Below are positions 1 through 11,739 of a DNA stretch of 33,540 nt, one piece after another; position 1 is the stretch's first letter; the number at the start of each line of letters is the position of its first letter. Origin of the DNA: Octopus sinensis (Eukaryota); assembly GCF_006345805.1 (NCBI RefSeq), contig NW_021832022.1, positions 1-33,540 on the forward strand. Direction: 5' to 3'. The position numbers and the translations under genes are program-made. Under the pieces are notes generated by a model. That model did not search any database and had not been told where the DNA came from. It was given only the letters and a program-made list of their open reading frames with translations.

Positions 1-24
1 TAGAATTATATATATATAAATATA

Positions 25-39
25 TGTATCTATCTATCT

Positions 40-73
<34 letters not shown>

Positions 74-292
74 TGTTATGTCTGCTTGTTTCTATAGTCT
101 GTCTGACTGTTTATCTGTCTGCCTGTCTCACTATGTCAAACGATCTGCCTGTCTCTCTCTCTCTCTCTGTTTGTCTTTCTGTCTGTTTGCCTGCCCCACT
201 CTTTCTCGTCTCTCTCTCAATCTCCCCCTGTCTATTTGCCTATCTATGTCTGTGTTTGTTTCTCTTCTCACACACACTGTCTCTCTCTCTGA
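25..292. repeat. Compound microsatellite: (TATC)n/(TAGA)n followed by degenerate (TCTG)n/(TC)n
   Basis: Directly visible simple repeats; the ORFs 73-297 and 78-347 are translations of this repeat. Confidence 0.9.
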
Positions 293-449
293 GATGAAAA
301 TGTCATTGTGCCCTTGTTCCTATCGCCTATTTTCTCATCTTGCATGAGATAACACCTCGTTTTGTTCGGTATGACGTCAACCCGTTGTAACTCAGTGACA
401 TCAAAATTCGGGTACATAAACCAATGATTAGAACATGAGGCCATCTTGA

Positions 450-477
450 TTAGGGTTAGGGTTAGTGTTGGGGTTAG
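450..477 (+). repeat. Short interstitial telomere-like tract (TTAGGG x2 plus 2-3 degenerate units), possibly the core of an old MITE
   Basis: ttagggttagggttagtgttggggttag; the MITE at 27152-27777 has a similar telomere-like core. Confidence 0.5.
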
Positions 478-1232
478 CAGTACTGAGCGAAACCTGGAGA
501 TAATCAATAGTATATGCAAGACAAAGAAATAACCAGAAACACAAATATCATTATATTGAATATATTTAAGTTAGTATTCTTAAACTGAAGTAATTAAGTT
601 CTCTCTCTCTCTCTCGCTCGCTCCCCATATATTATATATATATATATATAATATCTATATATTATATATAATATATATTTATATATTTATATATTTAATA
701 TGTTTAATGTATGTATATATATGTGTGTGTATAGATATAATATTATATATATATATATATATATGCAGGTTTAAATGTATTATTATATACAATGCACACT
801 CACACACAAACACACACACACGCACAAAACACTCCGCACACACGTTGTTGGATGGCCGTTGACTACGCTGTAGCACTTCCGCCCTTTGACGAGTCTTATA
901 TTTTGTCCCAAAGGGTGTCCAACTCGCATGTCCGTGTATGATTGCATGTATATGCTGGTGCAGGTGAGAACGCGAGCGCAAATATTTTTCGAAATGTTTC
1001 GCATCAGCTGAGGATCTCTAATATTTATTCAATGCCTTTATGGAATCATGATATCTATTGATATGTATTTCATGTATGGAACCATGATTTGTATTGAAAC
1101 ACAAAGCCACCTATCCTCACACTCACAGACACCCACATTTACATACACAAACTGAAATTGTGCATATATATATATATACGAGCAAAACGCCCCCCGTCCA
1201 ATGGACGGTGTTGAGTTGTCAAATATTTAAAC

Positions 1233-1293
1233 CAAATTTTCTCAAAACAACTTGTCCGACCGTCCCATAGGCCTCCCCCTTTGAGAAACACTG
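1233..1293. mobile_element. Tiny hAT-like MITE remnant (61 bp)
   Basis: Right end tttgagaaacactg is the reverse complement of CAGTGTTTCTCAAA, a typical hAT (Charlie-like) TIR. Left end caaattttctcaaa matches it 11/14. Flanks atttaaac (1225-1232) and atttaacc (1294-1301) form a 7/8 8-bp TSD. Confidence 0.45.
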
Positions 1294-1334
1294 ATTTAAC
1301 CTAAATTTGAGACACCAGCACAAGAAGAAATAAA

Positions 1335-1453
1335 GATAGATTTTTTTTATTCGAAAGAAAAACGATTTTACTCACACAAATATGCAACCGAAGGATAGAC
1401 TTTTTTTTATTCCAAAGAAAAAGGATTTTATTCACACAAATATGCAACCGAAG
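1335..1453. repeat. Tandem duplication of a ~60-bp unit
   Basis: gataga-T-run...cacacaaatatgcaaccgaag occurs at 1335-1393 and again at 1394-1453 with a few substitutions. Confidence 0.85.
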
Positions 1454-1697
1454 AGTTTAAAGTACCAGTAAGTACATCGCAACAGCTGATGTACTTGCGT
1501 GTACAAATGCGCGTCCCTCCAGCTTTATCGATCGCATTCTCACCTGGAATCGATTTTTGTAATTTTTTCAAGATTTCTACACGCCCTGATACAGTCGGTA
1601 TCTACATATCAAATTTGAGCGCAATCGGATGGAGGATGCCCGAGATCGTAGAAGACACACAGACAGACAGACAGACGGATTTTATATATATATATAT
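1454..1697 (-). mobile_element. Probable 5' portion of a non-autonomous Helitron (Lep1/DINE-like architecture)
   Basis: Minus strand reads (TA)n-TAAAATCCG-(TCTG)n...CCGATTGCGCTCAAATTTG, the layout of non-autonomous Helitron 5' ends. No 3' hairpin+CTAG was found. Confidence 0.4.
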
Positions 1698-1748
1698 GTG
1701 TGTCTATGTATATTATACATAATATATATATGTATGAATGTATATATG

Positions 1749-1779
<31 letters not shown>

Positions 1780-2326
1780 GGTATATATGTATGATGTATG
1801 TATATATGTTATATATATGTATATATGTATGTATGTATTTATGCATGTATGTATGTATGTATGTATGCATGTATATTTTGTTGCCGCAGAAAATTTAAGA
1901 GGTGAACAAATATAAACTGAAAATTTGATTGATGGCTAGATATTGGCACATGTATAACTGCGAACATTTCTATGTCCTTCATACACACACTCACGCATGC
2001 GCGTGCACAACCTCACATCACATACACTCACACTCACACATGCATATATACACACATCCCAAAAACTGACACATGCACTTACGTAAACACGTGTATTGTG
2101 GCTTGCAAATAACCGTTACATATAAAAAATTTTCATATAAATATAAAAACTACGACACATATGTACGCATATGTACTCACTCTCACTCTCACTCTTTCAT
2201 AGAAGCACACGCACACACGCACACACACACACTCACAAACACATACCGACAGTATATAATATATATTTTTTATATATTTCATTCAGCTTTTACGCGTACT
2301 GATATATGTATGTATGTGTGGGTGTT

Positions 2327-2370
<44 letters not shown>

Positions 2371-2528
2371 TCAGTATATATATATGTGTATATATACATA
2401 TATATACACACATGCACAAAAGCATGTGTACATGTATTTGTGGGTCGAGCAATTACTATGGAATTCAATTCAGCTGATATTTTAACGGGGAACTCTCACA
2501 CACATACACACACAACAACAACAACAAC

Positions 2529-2566
<38 letters not shown>

Positions 2567-3314
2567 GAGAACAGCATTGTAGAATCAACATTTAGTTGTT
2601 ATTGCTTTATTTTTCAGTTCTCCTGAGCCAAAGCATTAATTTTTACCGGATGGAGAAACATTAACCCTTACCACCCAATCCAACTCGCAAAATACTGTCA
2701 TCTTTACTTTTTCAAATGAATAGAAAATAAAATTAGTATTTCGTTTTCTTTTTCTGTCAAATATTGAAATATATGAGGATTTGAATTAATTACGAACGAA
2801 ATTTGTATCGGGGAATTAAAATAGAATTATATCAAACTCACCACATTTTCTCTCCTTATATCTGAAATTAATTGCTGGTTTATGCTAAAGTTTCAATGAG
2901 GGTATACAGTTGCCTTTATTAACAAGAGCGGAAATATGTTATGAATTGCAGTCTTTAGAGTCTCGCATTGGAAAGAGAACTGTTGATAGAACTGTGTGAT
3001 GTTGTTGGTTCAGGTGAAATTATGTGTGATGTTTGTATGATGGCGAATAACTTTATCGAATGTTCGTAACATTCAGACATTTTGTATAACGGAAACGAGG
3101 AAGGCTATTATGTGTTAATTTTCATACAAGCGGACATTATAAAATGAAGAAATTTAAAACTAAAACAAAATTTAACAAATATATAGTTAAAATATAAATA
3201 TATATATATATATATATATAAAAAAAAAAAAATGGAGACGAACTTCAACATTAGTTTTAGACTTAATTTGATTACTATTTTTATTTGTTGTACTATTTGA
3301 AAATTATTCTTAGC

Positions 3315-3503
3315 AGTAATTTCTCGTCTGTGCAAGTGTGTGTATGTGTGTGTGTGTGTGTGTGTGTGGTGTGTATGTATATGTATATATATATGTATAT
3401 ATGTATATGTATATATATGTACACACACATTACACACAAATATATGTGCATATATATATATATATTATATTGTACGTGTGAATATACATACATACATACA
3501 TAA

Positions 3504-3560
<57 letters not shown>

Positions 3561-3900
3561 ATATAAATGTATGTATTCACGTGCACATATGTAAGCAAAC
3601 GCGCGCACACATACACAGAACCGCGCGCGTACACACACATACACACACACGCACATACACACACACATATATATATATATAAACTCATAGATGAATGTGT
3701 ACAATATATGCACATATATGTGTATGTGTTTGCATCTGACTCTTTGTAAATGTGCTTGTATGTATGTGTGTGTGTGTGCGTGTGTATGGATTTGTGACTG
3801 TATATGTGTGTGTGAATGTTTGTGTGTGTATGGATTTGTGACTGTATATGTGTGTGTGTGTGTGCAAGTGTGTATGTTTGTGTATTCTGCGTATTGGGGG
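3315..3900. repeat. Large compound (TG)n/(TA)n/(CA)n microsatellite block
   Basis: Directly visible; accounts for all Y/I/H/T/C/V-rich ORFs in 3108-3951. Confidence 0.9.
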
Positions 3901-4586
3901 AGTGTTTATGTAAACATCGCTTAGGTTTAGTGATTGATTTGTTTCATACAAGTAATATGTTTGTGTTTTGAGACAAACAAAGCTTGTTCAACGCTTTTCT
4001 TTATCTTATTTAATCGATGTCACCAAAATTTAACTTCTGCACAAAAGAGTAAAATAAAATGAATTTTAAGAAAAAAAAAAAGAAAGAAAAATAAAAAAAA
4101 AATGAAGAAAAAACCGGAAAGCCAAAAATAAAGACGAACAAAATCTAAGAAAACATGAAATACTTGATTTCAATTTATCACTTAAGCCAAAATAGGAATT
4201 TCGTTCTATACTTAAAGAATTATTAATTTCTTAAGATTCACATAATTTCGCCAAAGAAATATCATTGATTTTGACAAAAATTATTATTTTTTTTAACCAT
4301 ATTTTTGGCTCAGAGGATTTTGTATTTGACCAGAAATATTAAGATTCTCGTTTCCTGTTACTGTGCAGTCCATTATCTCTCGAAATTACAGATTCAACTT
4401 CAGTCGTATTTTCTGTTCTAGGGACATTTATTAATTAATGTAGATGAAGGCTGATAGAGTATCAACAAAAATGTATTCCAGATCGTTCGAGCACTCATTT
4501 TTAGTTTATCATTGAGCTCAGCGTTGTAAACCACTTTCATACGGGTATATCATCACAAGTTAGTGGTATGCTGAAGCTCAAATTGT

Positions 4587-4646
4587 CCGGGTACTTTTGG
4601 CTGATGAGATGCAACATGTCGAAACTGGTGTCCCAGAATCCTTTGG
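4587..4646 (+). ncRNA. Type I hammerhead ribozyme, full-length Schistosoma Sm-alpha-like architecture
   Basis: CCGG-GTAC-TTTTGG-CTGATGA(4601-4607)-GATG-CAACA-TGTC-GAA-AC-TGGT-GT-C(4632)-CCAGAA-TCC-T-TTGG. All core nucleotides are intact, the triplet is GUC, stem I has 6 bp (one G-U), and the stem I internal loop is GUAC/UCC. Confidence 0.85.
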
Positions 4647-4844
4647 CCTAACGAGCTGAGTATGTTATGAATATACTGTCATATTAAGAGGGTGAAGTTG
4701 TTTTCCAGTGACAGACACAACAGCGACTAGCATATTTTCCGTTTGATTCTGCTGGAATATCAAGAATAGATAAGCAAATCATCGTATCTTAATAGTCTTA
4801 TTTATTTGGGCATTGTAAAGATTACCTATATATATATATATATA

Positions 4845-5147
4845 TCACGTGATCACGTGACCGACCAGACCAACAGATGTAGTTACACATCGCTGGTCAC
4901 AATGCGTTCGCATTGTTTTAGCCTTCGAATGACGCCACCCCGCTGGCTAAGCGAGCAGGCCGACAGAAGAAAGAGTGGGAGAAAGAGTGGTGAAAGAGTA
5001 CAGAAGGGACCACCACCCCCTGCCGGAGCCTCGTGGAGCTTTTAGGTCTTTTCGCTCAATAAAATCACACAACGCCCGGTCTGGGAATCGAAACCGCGAT
5101 CCTGCGACTGCGAGTTCGCTGCCCTAACCACTAGGCCATTGCGCCTC

Positions 5148-5150
<3 letters not shown>
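4845..5150 (-). mobile_element. tRNA-derived SINE (GGAGGCGCAATGG head family) with tail type B ending in (TCACGTGA)2, embedded in (TA)n/(CA)n
   Basis: Reverse complement gives a tRNA-like head with A/B-box-like motifs (TGGCCTAGTGG...GTTTCGATTCC), shared with the copies at 22220, 26108 and 30181. Confidence 0.85.
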
Positions 5151-5191
<41 letters not shown>

Positions 5192-5269
5192 CATATATGT
5201 ATGTATATATATCTATATATGTATCTAGCTATCTATCTATCTGTCTATCTATATATCTGTATCTATATC

Positions 5270-5338
<69 letters not shown>

Positions 5339-5339
5339 C

Positions 5340-5496
5340 AAATTATAATTTAGGGTAACTATGAGATACCACCACGCTGGAAATAGCAGTCAAACCTTGA
5401 CTCCTGGTGCTGTATGAACATTTAATGTAGTTTTAGAGTCAAGTTTTGACTGCTATTTCCAGCGTGGTATCTCTTAGATACCCTAAATTCTAATTT
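5340..5496. mobile_element. Imperfect ~157-bp palindromic (fold-back) element
   Basis: aaattataatttagggta...gaaatagcagtcaaaccttgactc pairs with gagtcaagttttgactgctatttc...taccctaaattctaattt. Confidence 0.75.
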
Positions 5497-5836
5497 TAAA
5501 TGATTATTACCTGTGAAAGGTTCTTATTCCCATGCTGGCCACCTGATAAGCTCGGTATTTAAATATCGATCACGCGGAGTAGATGAAACAGAGGCGACTG
5601 AAGAAGGGGAATTTTACCTTGTGTTATATGTCCTGTACTCTATTTTTTCGTTGTTTAAGAAAAATATCCATTTCCTTGGTTTTGTGTTTATGTTTTCGTT
5701 TCTCATTGTGTTCGACGTTTTTTTGGTGTCCTGTACCCATATATGCATGTATATATATATGTAGATGTAGGTACGTACATATATGTATGTATATATGCAT
5801 ATGTTTTATTTATTAATTTGTTTATATATATATATA

Positions 5837-6342
5837 TCTATATATATAAAACTCTAGTTGTGTGAGTGTCTGTCCCCTTCGATTTAGATTCCTAACTCCT
5901 CCCACATTTTGCGGTGCAGTTTAACCAAATTCAGGTATCTTATAGTCGTGATTCATATCGAGCCCGTCTGACTATTAGCGCGCGTCAACGATGAGTCTAC
6001 GATTTTAAAAATAATTTAACATCATTTTTTATTCCATTTTAATGCATAAAATGCATCGTATGTCGATGGCGGCGGAGTTGGCGTCCACGCTCACAGCTGC
6101 ACCTGTTTGCTTCTCCCCCTTCCCTCCCTCGTGAAGCTGTGGGGAAGGGAGTGTAAAGAAATCAACGTCGTAATGCGTTGTGAAGGAAACCAGCGTTCTT
6201 TTAGAACAACGACTTCATGGCTTGAAGACACCAAAACAAAAATGGCTAAGAAAGCCCGAATTTATAAGGGAAGTAACTCTCTAAAAATGCTTATATAGTT
6301 ATTTCCCTTACAAACCCGTGCCACGCCGGGCGATACTGCTAG
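5837..6342 (+). mobile_element. Non-autonomous Helitron, unit 1 (506 bp)
   Basis: 5' TC preceded by host A; 3' hairpin CCCGTGCCACGCCGGG, then an 8-nt spacer, then CTAG. Confidence 0.85.
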
Positions 6343-6849
6343 TCTATATATATAAAACTCTAGTTGTGTGAGTGTCTGTCCCCTTCGATTTAGATTCCTA
6401 ACTCCTCCCACATTTTGCGGTGCAGTTTAACCAAATTCGGGTATCTTATAGTCGTGATTCACATCGAGCCCGTCTGACTATTAGCGCGCGTCAACGATGA
6501 GTCTACGATTTTAAAAATAATTTAACATCATTTTTTATTCCATTTTAATGCATAAAATGCATCGTGTGTCGATGGCGGCGGAGTTGGCGTCCATGGTCAC
6601 ACTGCACCTGTTTGCTTCTCCCCCTTCCCTCCCTCGTGAAGCTGTGGGGGGGAGGGAGTGTAAAGAAATCAACGTCGTAATGCGTTGTGAAGGAAACCAG
6701 CGTTCTTTTAGAACAACGACTTCATGGCTTGAAGACACCAAAACAAAAATGGCTAAGAAAGCCCGAATTTATAAGGGAAGTAACTCTCTAAAAATGCTTA
6801 TATAGTTATTTCCCTTACAAACCCGTGCAACGCCGGGCGATACTGCTAG
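6343..6849 (+). mobile_element. Non-autonomous Helitron, unit 2 (507 bp), directly fused to unit 1
   Basis: CTAG|TC junction with no spacer; nearly identical to unit 1 (about 10 small differences by eye). Confidence 0.85.
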
Positions 6850-7141
6850 TCTTTATATATAAAAGAAAGGTTGTGTGTCTGTCTACTCCGATTTAGATTC
6901 CTAACTACTCCCACATTTTGCGGTGCAGTTTAACCAAAACCGGGTATCTTATAGTCGTGATTCATATCAAGCTCTTCTGGGTATTAGCGCGCGTCTACGA
7001 TGAGTCTATGATTTAAAAAATAATTTACCATCATTTTTTCCATTTTAATGCATATTTTTTAATATAAGGGAAGTAACTCTCTAAAAATGCTTTATAGTTA
7101 TTTCCTTTACAAACCCGAGCAACGCCGGGCGATACTGCTAG
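6850..7141 (+). mobile_element. Non-autonomous Helitron, unit 3 (292 bp), diverged and internally deleted variant
   Basis: TC start, same 3' hairpin and CTAG, followed by host T. The 5' end differs and ~210 bp of the middle is missing. Confidence 0.8.
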
Positions 7142-7364
7142 TATATATATAAACAACCCAAAAGCATGTGAATAAACTATGTATATGCACTTCATGAAAT
7201 TACATCGTGGTAGGGGTATTTTGATTCGTCTAAATCACACGAAAATGATCACTTTGCAATCATGTGGATTCGGGTTCAATTCCAATACGTGACACCTTGG
7301 GATAAGTAGAGCTGACCAATGCCTTTTGAGCAAATTTTGAGAACGAAAACTGCATGGAAATCCG

Positions 7365-7546
<182 letters not shown>

Positions 7547-7735
7547 CTATTCTGCTATTCATTTATTTGTTTCAGTAATATGACTGCGACCATGCTGGAG
7601 CACTGCCTTTTGTCGAATATATATATATATATTATATATATATATACCGTAGTAAGCACATAAATGTGAACAAAGGTCGAAAGAAGAGTGCTCAAATATC
7701 AGAAGTAGAGTAATATGCTTTTAAAAATGTCTATA

Positions 7736-7794
<59 letters not shown>

Positions 7795-7925
7795 TATTAA
7801 ACATTATTATTTTTAATTCTCTCAAAGAGAGATATTCAGTAACAATTTCCTGGAAGGGACGATTGCTACTGTTGTTTAGCCCCAGGAAACATCTTTCCGT
7901 TGGCTATACGACACCATATCTGTGT

Positions 7926-7981
<56 letters not shown>

Positions 7982-8004
7982 TATATATATTATATTATAT
8001 ATAT

Positions 8005-8664
8005 ATGATTACGTAAGTATGAAATACACTGTGATACAGGTCTATATTTTTAAATGTCTTACTTTGAAAAATTGCATTCGGTAGGATTAGTAATATTTTT
8101 GGTAGAAATGACTGATTGTCCCTCTTAGCGTTTGGCATGTATGTATATGCCTTCTGGCATGTATGTATATTGCCCTCTATATATAAATTAATATGTTCAA
8201 TAAGAAATAATTATTTTCGAAATTTTTCTCTTACGAGGTTTTTACGCTATCTACCTGACAATTCTTGTTAAGTTTTCTTATTAAGTAGTTGTCCTTAATT
8301 GCTAATTTTTATTCCGAAAAAACTTTTCCTCTCCCGAAATGCAATTCGTAAAAGTTTGCCATTTACCCGGATATAATATATGTAAACTCACCCATGTGCT
8401 TCGTTGATGTTGATCAGTTAGCTGATCGGCTTAAGCGGGGCAGGGTCGTTGTTTATTTATAATACATTCAGGCCTGCTGATGATTACGTAAGTATGAAAT
8501 CACTGTGATACAGGTCTATATTTTTAAATGTCTTACTTTGAAAAATTTGCATTCGGTAGGATTAGTAATATTTTTGGTAGAAATGACTGATTGTCCCTCT
8601 TAGCGTTTGGCATGTATGTATAATGCCTTCTGGCATGTATGTATATTGCCCTCTATATATAAAT
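8005..8664 (+). mobile_element. Partial tandem (~1.4-mer) of a ~474-nt unit carrying a hammerhead ribozyme; retrozyme-like or Penelope pLTR-like, flanked by (TA)n
   Basis: Direct repeats 8005-8188 and 8480-8664 differ by three 1-nt indels. The repeat start lies inside an HHR core. Confidence 0.7.
8470..8517 (+). ncRNA. Type I hammerhead ribozyme with palindromic stem III
   Basis: AGGCCTG-CTGATGA-T-TAC-GTAA-GTA-T-GAA-ATCAC-T-GTGAT-A(8510)-CAGGTCT. Stem I has 7 bp and stem II has a GNRA loop. The triplet is AUA, and the 10.1/11.1 pair is an atypical U-U. Confidence 0.7.
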
Positions 8665-9028
8665 ATATATATATATGTATATTTGTCTTTCAGCTTGTGT
8701 TTATTCTCGCTACTTTTCGACAATCAGTGTACTATTGTAATTTCACTGCAATCAGCTGCAGTGAAACCACTTCAGCGATCAAGTCAAAGTTAATCGACGA
8801 ATGTTTTAACCTCTTTGACCGTTGAGGCCAATTTAAGAAATCAGTAAAGAAAATATTGTTAAGCATTAAAGGAAGCATTTATATCAGTTCTAATAAATTT
8901 GGGACTCATTTGACACGTACAAGAGCTGTATTGAATACTGCTTTTGCCATGAAGAACGTTTCCCGCTTTAGACAATAGGTGCTGAAGAATACCAACGGTC
9001 ATTTCAAGGTATCATCTCTCGGCAAAAC

Positions 9029-9259
9029 TCTCTTTTCACTCTTTTCTCTTTTACTTGTTTCAGTCATTTGGCTGTGGCCATGCTGGAGCACCGCCTTTTG
9101 TCAAGCAGACCGACCCCAGGACTTATTCTTTGTAAGCCTAGTACTTATTCTATCAGTCTCTTTTGCCGAACCGCTAAGTTTCGAGGACGTAAACACACCA
9201 GCATCGGTTGTCAAGCGATGTTGGGGGGGGGTGCAGGGGACAAACACAGACGCAAACAT

Positions 9260-9292
<33 letters not shown>

Positions 9293-9453
9293 CGACGGGC
9301 TTCTTTCAGTTCCCGTCTATCAAATCCACTCACAAGGCTTTGGTCGGCCCGAGGCTATAGTAGAAGACACTTGCCTAGGGTGCCACGCAGTGAGACTGAA
9401 CCCGGAACTATGTTGTTGGTAAGCAAGCAACTTACCACACAGCCACTCCTACT
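9029..9453 (-). mobile_element. Full-length tRNA-derived SINE with CORE-like domain and internal (TA/TG)n (OR-type)
   Basis: Same family as 23613-24040; CORE-like GGCACCCTAGGCAAGTGTCTTCTACTATAG on the minus strand; 3' repeat GTAAAAGAG. Confidence 0.85.
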
Positions 9454-9676
9454 GTTTAATGTATTTCTAATTACTTGGTTATCGTCAACACCGTGTCCTG
9501 CAAGTGAGACAACTCTGAGGTGACACTAGAAATAATTATTTCCTTCATGTAAACCTGCATCAAACCATGACTTGACCAGGTGTGACACTGGGCCCGACTA
9601 TATTGTAAAGGGCACACAAAAGCAGTGTTGCTAATAAACAAACATTGAGATCAGCATAATTATTACTATAATCTAA

Positions 9677-10149
9677 GGCGTGTAGGTGGCAGAATTCTTC
9701 GGATACCAGGCAAAATACTTAGCGGTACTTCGTCTCTCTTTACATTCTGGGTTCAAATTCTGCCGAGGTCGACTTTGCCTTTCATCCTTTCGGGGTCGAT
9801 AAATTAAGTAGCAGTTACACACTGGGGTCGATGTAATCGACTTAATACCTTTGTCTGTCTTTGTTTGTCCCGTCTATATTTAGCCCCTTGTGGGAAATAA
9901 AGAAATATATAAGGTAAGGCGTGTCTCTGGCAGAATCGTTAGGATACCTGGCAGAATCGTTAGGATACCTGGCAAAATGCTTAGCGGTACTTCGTCTCTC
10001 TTACGTTCTGGGTTCAAATTCCGCCGAGGTCGACTTTGCCTTTCATTCTATCGAGGTCGATTAAATAAGTAGCAGTTGAGCACTGAGGTCGATGTAATTG
10101 ATTTACTTCCTGCTCCGAAATTACTTGCCTTGTGTCAAAATTTGAAACC
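9677..10149 (+). mobile_element. Two adjacent OK-type SINE copies; the second has a 21-bp internal duplication
   Basis: Both carry the conserved GTTCAAATTCCGCCGAGGTCGACTTTGCCTTTCAT body; the first ends in AATAAAGAAATA at ~9907. Confidence 0.8.
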
Positions 10150-10995
10150 AAGATTAGTACAAGGCCACAGATTTTGGGGCAAGTTATAATCGATTACTTG
10201 TTTGAGGCTGATTTTATAAAACCTAGTATTTAACCGATACTTATGTTGATTCTAGTATAACTAATGTTCATTTTAACAACCCTGGAAGGTTCGAAAGGAA
10301 AGTCAACCCTAGCGAGGTTTGAACTGAGAACGTCAGGAGCCATAGATAAATATTGCAAAGAATTTCTCTCAACGCTCTAACAATTGAGCTATGGAAGTAT
10401 GAAGAGTAGAAGCTGTAGTGGTTGCAGTAACGGTTATGGCGGTGATAAATGTGTCAAAATAATTGATTTTCTAATTTGTGTTAAACCACCATTAAAGATA
10501 GCGCCGTCTTCGTTCCTTCACGTGTATTTCGTGTCAATTTAATTAGAAGTCACTTTTCCATTTTCGAACCCGTTTCGACTTGGAAGAATCGTTGAATATT
10601 TTATAAGCTCTGAAGAAGACATCATCTTACTGTAAATATAGTTGGAAGAATAGTAAATACAATGTTCAGGCGACTAAAGTTGCAAAGCAACAAGTTTATC
10701 TTTCAGCCGACACCATTACTGGCTCATTTTACAGTCTGTTGCAGCAGTACTCTCCCCCGTTAACACGATATTTTATTTTAGTACTTCTTTTATTTATTTA
10801 ACAGAAAAAAAAAATATATATATAATAAATGAATAAAGTGAGATTATCTCAGAGTTCGTTTTGATTGAGGAATGAAATAAAAGAAGAATCTATCTTCTCA
10901 TTTTTTTTCTCTTTTTACTAAAACATCCATCTATTTATCGCGAAATCATATATTTACCTTAAACTAAAGAGAAGGAAAAACTTAAGCCGGAGTGG

Positions 10996-11045
10996 AAAGG
11001 CGGGGAAGAGAAAGCGAGAGAGAAAGAGAGAGAGAGAGGAGAGAG

Positions 11046-11092
<47 letters not shown>
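10996..11092. repeat. (GA)n microsatellite
   Basis: Directly visible. Confidence 0.9.
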
Positions 11093-11094
<2 letters not shown>

Positions 11095-11393
11095 GAGTGA
11101 GAGAACAAGTACAACAACAATAACAATATCAAAAATACCAAAAAACCAGCATGAAAAAATAATAATGGTTGTTGAAACATTTAACTAATGCTGGAGTGTT
11201 ACAACGCGTTGGGGAGGAGTTGTCCTAGAGTTTGGCTATTTTCTATTCGTTATAGAATCAGTATAATTGATTGGAGAGAAGATAATGTGCTGGAATGTCG
11301 TTCCCATTTAGCTTTGTTGTTATTGTTGTTATTTTTTTTAGCCCCAGGTGAGCCATGATTAAGCGTACAGAGGAATAATAAACCTAACAAGCA

Positions 11394-11560
11394 TGCGCAG
11401 GCGTGACTGTGTGGTAAGAAGTTTGTTTTCCGACCACATGGTTCCCGGTTCAGTCCCACTGCTTGGCACCTTGGGTAAGCGTCTAATACTATAGCGTCGG
11501 CCCGACTGAAGCTTTGCTTCTGAGTGGATTTGGCAGACGGAAACGGAAAGAAGCCAGTCG
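11394..11560 (+). mobile_element. 5' half of a CORE-like SINE, interrupted at its internal microsatellite
   Basis: Similar to 23613-23775; a 3' half of the same family appears at 12739-12960. Confidence 0.7.
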
Positions 11561-11739
11561 TGATCGCTAGAGACTACACATTCTTTATTTTCTCTCCTTG
11601 TTTCTTTCTGTGTTCCTTTCTGTGGAAGAGCGTAGGCTCGAAACATTAAAAACTTTTTCCCTTTCCGAGCGCGAAACTAATACATCTGTTTGTTGTCTAC
11701 ACTACCTGTCTTCGTCTTTTGTTTTTTTTGTGAATTCTC

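Noticed and set aside
450-477. TTAGGG tract as a true telomere or chromosome-fusion scar
   Set aside because: It has only two perfect units; such short tracts are common inside MITEs, as at 27431-27495.
73-3951. Many ORFs rich in Y/I, H/T, C/V or L/S (also at 7260-8084, 12157-12848, 29348-29829, 31071-31379 and 32346-32670)
   Set aside because: They are translations of (TA)n, (CA)n, (TG)n and (TCTA)n microsatellites, with no protein-like complexity.
5590-5625. CTGAAGA-AGGGG-AATTTTA-CCTT resembling an HHR 5' half in a repeat-like segment (~5510-5735)
   Set aside because: There is no GAAA core or stem I/III partner downstream; at most a remnant.
6107-6805. Duplicated ORFs ending ...KMAKKARIYKGSNSLKMLI
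   Set aside because: They lie inside the non-autonomous Helitron units and show no Rep/helicase or other recognisable motif.
5837-7141. Regularly spaced repeats as a possible CRISPR array or satellite
   Set aside because: The context is eukaryotic, the ~500-bp units have no unique spacers, and the termini identify them as Helitrons.
10570-10635. GTTTCGAC and CTGAAGAAGAC close together
   Set aside because: The two half-motifs are on opposite strands and cannot form one hammerhead.
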